Assembly (NCBI RefSeq): GCF_001194135.2
Contig: NC_068986.1
Coordinates: 35,807,839 to 35,871,838, forward strand
DNA length: 64,000 nucleotides
Direction of reading: 5' to 3'
Source of the DNA: Octopus bimaculoides
Taxonomy: Eukaryota
Positions within the stretch are counted from its first letter, which is position 1. Each line of letters begins with the position of its first letter. Position numbers and translations under genes: made by a program. Positions 53,845 to 64,000 of the stretch are shown one piece after another. The notes beneath the pieces are model-generated. The model did not search any database. It saw only the letters and a list, made by a program, of their open reading frames with translations, and was not told the DNA's origin.

Positions 53845-53935
53845 ACACTTCTGTGTATCAGCAATCGCATATTTTCCATATACGCAATTTCACTCACAAG
53901 GCTTTGGACCAAGCAGGAGGCTATTTAAAATACAC
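53845..53935 (-). mobile_element. SINE family C fragment
   Basis: ttttccatatacgcaatttcactcacaaggctttggacc..ggctat..acactt. Confidence 0.55.
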
Positions 53936-55478
53936 TTACTGACAACAATATCTTTTCGTAATTGATTCATAAGATGAACTACGACAATCCTTCCAAAGTC
54001 ATGGCAAAAACTGAAGGATGGCAGTTGTACCACAACTAATGATAAAACTTATGACACAAACTTGGAGACGGGGTGTGCACAAAGTTTGATATCGCTCCCG
54101 ACTCAAGTCAAATTTGGAGTAGTGAGATGACGACGACGATGATGATAATGGGTATTACGAGGCTGATGACAAGCTTCCATGGTATCGATAGAGAACCATG
54201 TAGTTGGAAAATAAATGTCCTATAGGAAAGCACCTAAAACATCAAATTATATATTTACTTTACCAAACAGCAACTAAAAGTAATATTTTAACAGTACTAC
54301 GGATTAGCGACGCGGGTCATGTACCTATTGGATCATTATTCGACGCGGGTCATGTAATTATTCGATCATAAGTGTTTTCGCAGTCCCCCGCCCACCCAAA
54401 AGAGTGATGGAAGTCGTGTGTCTTACGTAAGAAATTCCAATGTGAACTTCGTGGTATTGCATAATGAATTACAGAAAGGTTACTAACTTTTTACGATTGG
54501 ATTGTATAATCATCCTAGTGTAATATAATAAATTATTTCCTGCGGTCTTCAGGCAGTAACTTCCATTTCCTTGAGCAATATATACAATTCACCACATTTT
54601 ATCTTGCTGGAGTATGGATTTGAGTAGAGTCGGAAAATTTAATCTGCACCAGCTTGGTCTACTACATTTTCTCTATTAATAATCGAAAGAGCAGAAACAA
54701 ATAATTGTTGAATCCGTTATGACTGTACGAAAGGACAGATTGTATGTATCAAAAGATTGGAAATGGATTTCACTGTTGGAATTATTCCATTTTATTTCTT
54801 CTGAGCCAAAACCAATATAAGGTTATTAACACAGACAAAAAAAAAATCATATTAAACTGCATTTTTGTTTTTCGTATATATAAAAGAATCACATGAAGAG
54901 TTGTGCAGTGATTGTAATAATGTTTCACAGATGATATAAATAGTCATGGAATGTACTTGAATTCTTAAGATATATTCATAGTAAAAGTTCAGAGCAGTGC
55001 GTCTTCTATTTATTGCAAGAAGAGATAAATTTAGAAGCAGTCGACAAGCTTATGTCTAGCGATGACCTGAAGAAGTTTTACAATAAGACAATATTTAAGT
55101 ACAGAGTGCCTTCGTAACAAATATCGCAGCAGTTACTAAACTTTTTCACGATCGGATTAAATAAATAAACAAATACAACGAGATAAGGCAATAGCCTGAC
55201 AATATGAACTAATCTAATTTCTCAAATAAGTACTTCAGCGTATGTATGCTAATTGTGGCGCGAACAACGATAAAACAATAAAAGTGCAGACGATCCATTT
55301 ATAAAGGTAAGAAGTTAATGTGAAAATCAGATTAAAACTTTAACGAATCTGTATTTCTTTTCAGTAACACAGAACTACGTTTATGGATACAACAAAAATT
55401 CTATAGTTGTATTAGATTGTTTTGTGTTAATCGATGAAAGTGGCGGTCATTTATTAAAAGATCTTGCATTTATTATGT

Positions 55479-55565
55479 ATACACTAGTCCCCTGGTAAAT
55501 ACGGGGGTTACGCTCCTAGACCACTTGCAAATAGTGAAAAACTGCGAATATTGGACGTGGTCCAT
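55479..55565 (+). mobile_element. Possible pogo/Tigger-type terminal sequence
   Basis: TA-CACTAGTCCCCTGGTAAATACGGGGGTTACGCTCCTAGACC..GCAAATAGTGAAAAACTGCGAATA resembles Tigger/MER2-like ends. No partner TIR was found. Confidence 0.35.
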
Positions 55566-55595
55566 AAAAATGTCTATAAATGTCAATATATGACG

Positions 55596-55686
<91 letters not shown>

Positions 55687-55760
55687 TATATGAAGAAGGA
55701 TATATATATATGTATGTATGTATGTATGCATGCATGTATGTATATGTATACATCTCTCTT

Positions 55761-55799
<39 letters not shown>

Positions 55800-56083
55800 G
55801 GCCTTGCCTGTCGGAACTGCATGCATGCTAAGTCATCATGCATGTGTGCTCTTTCAATCACTTCTTAGTAAATGAAAGATTGTTTTAACAGAGTACAGAG
55901 CAGCAAAGAGGCTGATTCTCACTAACCACGGTAGATAAAGAGTACAAACATGTATCAGACCAGTGGAGTAATATAAACCAGTAATATCTTTCTTTGAGTA
56001 ACATTCAGAGAAATTATGTTGAGCCCGCTGGCAACTGTATACATATATATATTCATACTTACATATCTACTTATCTGTCTATT

Positions 56084-56134
<51 letters not shown>

Positions 56135-56151
56135 NNNNNNNNNNNNNNNNN

Positions 56152-56219
<68 letters not shown>

Positions 56220-57390
56220 TAGAGAGAGAGAGAGAGGAAGAGAGATGAGAGAGAGAGGGAGAAAAAGAGGCATACACATACACGTTTACATATATCACTT
56301 TAAAAGCCGAAGCTATCAACTTTAGCAAAGTTGTTTTTATCGCTTTCGAAAATGGACATTAATCTTTCTTAAACTCCAGCAAATTGCTGTCACTAATTGA
56401 TAACTTCGATAGGATTTAGAAATCGATAAAAAAAATACACAACAAAAATGTCATCATTCAGACACTAGCAGCATATATTCACACAGAGCACATTGTTTCT
56501 ACAGATACTTTAGGAAAAAAAAAATAAAGATTAACTAGACAAAGGAAACAAATCGAATAAAATATACCATAAAAAATAAAATGTAGAAGTCTTCTTTACC
56601 TGTTGCTGTGTTTTAGTGTCACAAGTCTTTTTAACGTTAGCTCTTTATAGAGAAAATGTAAGTTTTAGACTCTCAGCAAAATATGATAAAGGCAAAGGAA
56701 ATGATTTTTTTATTTAGTTTGGCTGGAAGTGTGAGGCTAGACACAATGCAGTTAATATAATGGGAATGATGAGCTGTAATTCATACACGTTACAATATAA
56801 ATATATATATATATGTCTCGTTTAGAGATTTCAGAATTAGCTACTTTGCTCGTTACGAGATCAGTGAATGTCTGCGGTTTCTCTGTCACACACACAGATA
56901 CACTCATATACAAAAACACACTTACAGACACTCATATACAAAATGTGTCGTCGTCACCGTGGTGTTAAATATTGTTTACTATCTCGTACGTAACGAACGC
57001 GCAAACATACAGACACGTACACACTCATATACGAAATGTGTCGTCGTCGGAGTCATCGTGGTATAAATTGTCCTTTACTATAGCTGACTAAAGAAAGATT
57101 ATTTTAGATAAAATGTTATATTGTTTTAATCCAAATGAAAATAAAAATTACATGTTAACACTGCGGGGTCTAATATTATTACTTTGTAAAATTTAATATG
57201 ATTTGGTGGAGCTGTTTGAGAATGCATAGGGAACAGACAGACAAGTACACAGACAGACAAGTAGACAGACAGACAAAGCATTTTCTATGGAGAGAGATTA
57301 GGTAGATTATATGACGGTGCAATAAAATATATAAGTATCAAAGATATATTATGTTTAGGTACATATGTTGGAAAATTGATATTAACTTAC

Positions 57391-57494
57391 CAGATAGCTT
57401 GCTGTATATCAGTGACATCACCTTGTATAGCATGCTGGTGGAGAATTGTTAAAGCTGCCTGAGGTAATTTCCCGGCCCATTTATTTGGTGCATC
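57391..57494 (-). CDS. BAIAP3: Internal exon (104 nt, phase 0/2): [34 protein letters not shown](C)
   Basis: Acceptor cctttttt-ctaag|GATGCA and donor ATCTG|gtaagt. Contains the family motif [19 protein letters not shown] and is in frame with the upstream exon. Absent from the ORF track. Confidence 0.9.
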
Positions 57495-58280
57495 CTTAGA
57501 AAAAAGGTAAAGGGATTAGACTCTAGCAATTCTAAATAATTTTTTCTAATTATGTAAAGTGGAATATTTTTTACTATGGCAATAGTTTTTGTAAGTAGTA
57601 TGAGAATGGACATCGTTATTTCGTTAAATGTTTGTAGAAAAGTTTGAAATATTGCAAGTTGTCAGATTTAAGCTGGCATACATCGAAGAAAAATAATCAC
57701 TACTCGCGAATGTATATATTGTTTTTTATTAAGATTCGAGATAAAATATTATTTGTTGCATTCGTAAATATAGTTTTTGTCGAGATAAATTTATTTTGTC
57801 ATTGAAAATTATTATTTTCTTTTCGCAAAAAGTAACCCTACATTTCTTCCTAAGTATAATTTTTGTTCGAGTCGAAAAATAAAAAAAGATTAAAAGAGGA
57901 TTATATACTTTTTGTCATGAAACTGAATTCTATTTCATATATCAAGTTTTACAAATAACAAACTTCGTTTGTAGTGGTAGCACAGCACAACTTACAGTTT
58001 AAAATATATAAAGATTTGTTTGTCAAAAAAGAAACGAAATGTTATGACAATTTCTAAAAGAATCCTGTCACTGAAACTAGATATCATACGAAAACATATT
58101 TCTTTCTCAATAAAATATTTCGTGCTCATAAATGTATATTTTTCGGATATTACTAATTAAACTACACACACACACAAAAACACACACACACACACACAAA
58201 CACACACGCACACACACACACACACACACACACNNNNNNNNNNNNNNNNNNNNNNNNNNNNNNNNNNNNNNNNNNNNNNN

Positions 58281-58337
<57 letters not shown>

Positions 58338-58631
58338 AAAAGGAACACTTAAAAATTCACAAAAAGTTACCAAGTCATAGAATATTTTCGATTATTTACG
58401 TCATATTTATGTACATTTTACGGAAAACACAATCATTTTAAAGATGCTGGAGGATGTTATGGTTTTTTGAGGAAAGTAATTTAAATTGTAATATCTTGTC
58501 AGCCATCTTTATTAATTTAGTTGTTCTGAATGCTGATATCATAAATCATACCTGAATATCAAAGCCTTATATGCAATATATTGTGAATGACGAACGAAAT
58601 GAAATAATTAATTACTTTACTTTTATGGTAA

Positions 58632-58671
<40 letters not shown>

Positions 58672-58906
58672 GTCTGTCTGTCTATCTATCTATCTACCTT
58701 CATACATGTCTATAATACACACACACGCACGTACACGCACGCACGTACACACACGCACACACACACACGCACGAACACACACGCACACGCACACACACAC
58801 ACATATATGCAGTTGAAATTTACAGAAAAACAAATACTAAGACACAGGTACAATTTTCTCTGTTATATATCAGTGAAAGCCGCACACATCCACACACTTA
58901 TATGAT

Positions 58907-58949
<43 letters not shown>

Positions 58950-59044
58950 ATTCGGACTTTTGGCTATTAAATCCCGCTAATAAATTATTTGTATTGATGA
59001 AACTTACAGTATTGTAAAATTTAGTCCTCGAATTGACAGTGAAA

Positions 59045-59102
59045 TGGTATCGAACCTGGAACCATGTGCTTGTGAAGGCATCTTCTAACTAAACAGCCAT
59101 GA
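59045..59102 (-). mobile_element. SINE family C head fragment
   Basis: atcgaacctggaaccatgtgcttgtgaaggcatcttctaactaaacagccat. Confidence 0.5.
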
Positions 59103-59599
59103 ATGTGGCCATATCTTCTGTGCATGCACGGTTTTAGATAATATCAAAATTGTGACACTGATTCTCTAGAGTTATCAAACGTTTGTGCATCTGTTCGATG
59201 TTTCTTATTAACCCCTTCGTAGCTTGTTCAGCTGAGGATGGGAGAACACTAAACGTGCCGAATGAATAGGCTTTGATCATTACTGTATTAGGATCTTTCT
59301 ATATTCCATAGTGTACTTCGAAGAAGAAATATCTGATAACAGATCTTTTATATAAAGACACTTAACCTTTAGATACAGCAGCTAAAATATCGGAATTTTC
59401 CATGATATTGTATGCTTCATATCTTAAGTCGAAAATCGTAATCCTTTATGCTATATAATCGTAAAGCAAGTGAATCGTCATGATTAGAAGTTGAATGAAG
59501 TGATAAGGCTCAGTTAATCTAAACATATATTTAAAATGAGATATTTGGGTTAGTAACAAGTCACTGCAATAATTTTGGCTTCTTACACTGGCAGAAGGC

Positions 59600-59720
59600 A
59601 GCACATCTTGGATGAAGGCATAATCGATTAAATCGGTTTCAGGTTTTGCTGAATCGACCCCAGAGCAACGGAAAGCAAAGTTAACCTTCACAGGTTTTGA
59701 ACTCTTATTTTAGCACCCGT
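59600..59720 (-). mobile_element. Degenerate SINE family B fragment
   Basis: tcgattaaatcgg..tgaatcgaccccagagcaacggaaagcaaagttaacc..ttttgaactc. This explains the spurious ORF 59446-59691. Confidence 0.5.
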
Positions 59721-61249
59721 AACTGTATACCGCAGCGCATTTTCTCGAAGCTCTTACAATTCTGTTAAACTATTACTCACAGTCACAATAGCAATGCTAA
59801 TATCGTATTTAGTAGTTCATATGTCATACTTAAATTTTGTGACTTTATATGAATATAACCAAGATTATTGTAATGTGCATATTTACGAAATAATAAAAAC
59901 AAAATGACTGTATTTTAGTACTCTTAAATGATATTCATGATATCTCTGCAATTTGAATGGGTAGACATGTTCTACAACCTGTATTTGCTCCAAATTTAGA
60001 CGCACTAGACTAGTGAATGACAAGTGACTTAATCAAGAATACAATATAATGTAGTTCAATGTGAAGGAAACATACGTCTAAACTCATTTTTCATAATATT
60101 GGGTCCATAATTTCGCTCGTATTTTCCCCATTAATTTTATCGTCTCCAATGTTAATAGAGTTAGCGCAAATAATATAGTCGACATAGTGTTTCTTTTTTT
60201 TTGTCGTTTGTAACTCCATTCTTTCTCTATAACTTTTGTTTATCGGTTTTGAAATTTAGATAAATTTCACCTCGTTTCACACATATGACGATCGATTACG
60301 AAGTAAAAGAAAAATAAACGAATCTGACAACTCAATAATTTAAAGGAATATTTTTTTAGGCTGTAAGATATCAAATATCATATATTGGTAAATGTTGGTA
60401 AATATCCTAACAAGTACCAAAATCTGTAATTTACATTGATCACTAAACTTACCACGTAAGAACACATTGATAATATACGCTACTAAATGTGAAACAAATG
60501 CATGTCATGAATTCCTTTAACGTACTCGTATCTAAGTAACACAAAATGTAAGCTGTCCACGACCTAAAACTTTCATAGCTTAACCTCACTAATAATAACA
60601 TTGCAACCTCACTTACAACCGATACTATAAGAATTTATATATTTTAGAACATTAAGCTAAAATTTGTCAAATATGATGAATAGTTTCGGGGTTATATGTT
60701 CAAGAATCTAGTTTAAGTTATGACAACCCAGCTATTCCATAGATATAAATAATCTTACGAAACACAATGAAATAGCATGTTAGTAATGTTACGATAGATA
60801 CAAATAACGTACGATAATATAAACATTTGTGGATAAAGGAGTGAAATACCTGAATAGCTAATGCGCTTCCATATCACTAAATACCTTTTATGAAATAATG
60901 CGATCTATTTCGAAAAAATTTTTATCTGAATAAAAATGGTTTCATAACTTAAGAAAAGACTTGGATAATTCTTTGAAATTTTAGCAATGGATATGCCTAA
61001 ACAGATATGTCTGTGTGTTTATTTACACACACAGCGAAAGTACACAGCACATGATGTAGCGTTTTTCTGTATTAAGAATCTCCTGATTGTATTGATGCAA
61101 AACGGAGGGGGGAAACGTTACTAGAATAACAAAGGTACGGTAAAATTCTTTATTATAAAAGTTGAAAAGATCTTCACAAAATCGTTAGACAAGGTATGAA
61201 ATTAGTCTGGATTAGTTTGTGAAATTGTTTTGACCTTCATCTTCAATCA

Positions 61250-61290
<41 letters not shown>

Positions 61291-61463
61291 TATATGCACA
61301 TCCATATGTATATATACACACGTTTATATGTGTACATAATATAAAAACATACACGCATACATGCACGTATGTAGAAGAAGAAGAAGAAGTTGAAATACGT
61401 ATATGCATGTGAGTGCAGGTGTGTGTAATGTTATCAGGAATAGTGCATTTCTTTTTATCTTAC

Positions 61464-61667
61464 CTGTAACGTTCGGACGCGGTATTCGATAAAAATACAA
61501 ATTAGATCCTCATGTTGTTTCATGTCAGTCCAATTGTCATCTTCAGGTATTCCACGATCCTCACGTGTTGTTAAACATAATTTCAGTTGTATTTCACCTT
61601 GAATATTCGATTTGGAGGATCTGCCTTCCAGATTGTACCATTTTTCTAGACCCGATGAAGGGATTTC
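61464..61667 (-). CDS. BAIAP3: Internal exon (204 nt, phase 0/0) of a Munc13-4/BAIAP3-family gene, C-terminal part of C2A domain: EIPSSGLEKWYNLEGRSSKSNIQGEIQLKLCLTTREDRGIPEDDNWTDMKQHEDLICIFIEYRVRTLQ
   Basis: Acceptor tttgcaatttcag|GAAATC and donor CAG|gtaaga on the minus strand. The peptide resembles, from memory, BAIAP3/unc-13-4 sequence (IP..GL..W..LE.RS..S..QG...L.L.L.TREDRG). BAIAP3 versus UNC13D orthology is not resolved. Confidence 0.88.
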
Positions 61668-62624
61668 CTGAAATTGCAAATTTTATTTCGTAATTATATA
61701 TACACAAAGAACCATACATATAAATATACATTCATAAATGCATACATACGAGAAACGAATCTACAGATAATCATTTCAAAAGGAAATAAGGCTAAGTTTG
61801 CTTGAAAAAACGCCCTATTGTCTTTAAAATTGGAAGACTCTTGTTCAATGTAACCTCATATATACAAGAAAAACAGTTGATAAGCGTTTCATGATTGGTC
61901 TGTTCTGTGGGACGTGGCAGGTAAAAAAATTTCGAGCTTAGTAGTAGGTCTGACACTCTTCTTTTACTCTCATTTCACTACGACGAGGGTGATCAAACAA
62001 TGTGTCCGGTTAGTTTGCAGAATATAGACACGCAATAGTATTAATAAAATACAGAAAACATATATTTTATGCTTCATAAAAAATATACTTGCTTCGTAAT
62101 GTAACTTCCAGGATAAAATAAACAATTGTTTGTTGAAAGATTATGTACCTGGCAAAACTGCCTCTTCAATGTTTAGCAATAAAATACATATCCTATATAT
62201 CCTTTTCCTGGTCACAGATCCATGTTTCTAGTAGGAATATGCATTTAGAATATATAAACACACATCACGCACATAACCAATTGAAAGACAAAAAGCATGA
62301 ACTAGCGTATGAATTTAGTTTTTTGGCTGTATTCAGCGCTTACCAGTTACCTTATGTATTGTCACAATGCAGACTTCTATAAAGGCAAGTAAACTCTTTT
62401 CCTCAAGGCACAATGTATATATATGATTTTATACACGCATGTCCGCCTGAAGCAAGCATATGTAGAACATATACATTTTTTTACTGTATGTTCCTTGATT
62501 TACATTTTGCATGACATTCTGTTATGTTATTGCAACAAGCGTGTTCTCCACAAATATATGCAAGCACACATTTAATACACACACACACTCACACACACAC
62601 ACACACACACAATAAATATAATGA

Positions 62625-62626
<2 letters not shown>

Positions 62627-62716
<90 letters not shown>

Positions 62717-62721
62717 CATCC

Positions 62722-62787
<66 letters not shown>
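62627..62787. repeat. (TCTA)n tetranucleotide array
   Basis: Directly visible. Confidence 0.95.
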
Positions 62788-62977
62788 ATGTGTGCATGTA
62801 TAAGTATCTGCATGTGTATATGCGTATGCACGTGTGTGTACGAACACCCATATACTTGTGGACGCATGTATTTGTGTGTTGGAGTGTAAACTTTCTCATT
62901 TCTAAACGCGATCATGCACAAATACAACCTCGTCTGTCTCTCTTCCCCCCTCTCTCTCTCTATATATATATAGATAG

Positions 62978-63026
<49 letters not shown>

Positions 63027-63169
63027 NNNNNNNNNNNNNNNNNNNNNNNNNNNNNNNNNNNNNNNNNNNNNNNNNTATATATATATATGTATAAATGTAC
63101 ATACATATGTGTATATATGTATATATATGTGTATGTATATATACATGCATAAATATCTGTATGTAAACG

Positions 63170-63202
<33 letters not shown>

Positions 63203-63309
63203 GTATATACATACATATATATATATGTAAATATATATATATATATATGTGTATATATATGTATATTAATAGATAGATACATGTACACACACACACGTAT
63301 ACATACATA

Positions 63310-63375
63310 GGTAGATAGATAAATAACAGGCAAATAGATAGATAAACAGACAGACAGACAGATAGATAGATTGAC

Positions 63376-63425
<50 letters not shown>

Positions 63426-63441
63426 ATAAATAGATAGATAG
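63310..63441. repeat. (TAGA)n/(CAGA)n array, reverse complement of 62627-62787
   Basis: Directly visible. Confidence 0.9.
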
Positions 63442-64000
63442 CCTTTCGTTGTGTGAGAGTGTGTGTGGGAGTATGACTGTCAATGCGTGCGTGCTCGCAT
63501 CTTGTCGTCCATACACTATAATTTAACACTGAATAAAATTGACATTTCAGTTGAAACCGTTCCCGATAATTAAATTTCTGAGGTGTGCATATTATAATTC
63601 AATTATGAAAGAGGATATTTGAAGGAAAATAACATGTAAACTAATTTGTACTGTTATATTTGTTCGAACAGATTGTATTCCAGAAGTTTGTTTTCATATT
63701 TTTTTTTATACAAATATCCGATTTACTTCCTTTATCTATGACCAAAATACAAATAACAAGCATTAGTTTTCTGTTTCAATTCTATTTTAATATACTTTTT
63801 CTCACTCTATCTCAATACTTTATATTCGTTTATTCCGTTATATTTTGACTCGCGCACTCTTCATCCCACTTCGTTAGCTACTGTGTCCGTCTCTCTTTCT
63901 TTATTTCTCAACCTCTCCCACCTTGTCTTTTTGCCCTGGATCTATTCATTTTCTGTTTTGCAGCTACACATATGTATATGCTATATATATATATATATAT

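Noticed and set aside
56600-56642. Possible 43-nt minus-strand cassette exon (ANVKKTCDTKTQQQ|gtaaag)
   Set aside because: It has a weak AAG acceptor, and in this phase-2 intron it would create TGA immediately. There is no family similarity. It would only be credible as a poison exon with junction reads.
59446-59691. 81-aa minus-strand ORF between two real exons
   Set aside because: It overlaps a SINE B remnant and is not needed, since the flanking exons join in frame with continuous family similarity.

Overview
AT-rich animal genomic DNA from a gappy draft assembly (about 14 N-runs, nearly all flanked by microsatellites). The repeat content resembles an octopod cephalopod; this is inference, not verified. 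Almost all ORF-track entries are microsatellite or gap artefacts. Reading the minus strand by hand gives four spliced, phase-compatible exons (61464-61667, 57391-57494, 29954-30071, 20003-20127). They encode 183 aa of a Munc13-4/BAIAP3-family (unc-13-related, staccato-like) protein, covering the end of the C2A domain and the following helical region. The whole window lies within this gene, with visible introns of 4.0, 27.3, 9.8 and at least 20 kb. The introns hold several tRNA-derived SINE families, decayed Tc1/mariner transposons (including a maT-like element), RTE and Penelope remnants, an R4/Dong-like 3' end embedded in a (TAA)n microsatellite, and four Penelope-type minimal hammerhead-ribozyme motifs. 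The most unusual structure is at 44.7-45.3 kb: a tRNA-like Pol III head, a (TAA)n tract and a hammerhead-bearing tail, preceded by an inverted copy of the same tail.
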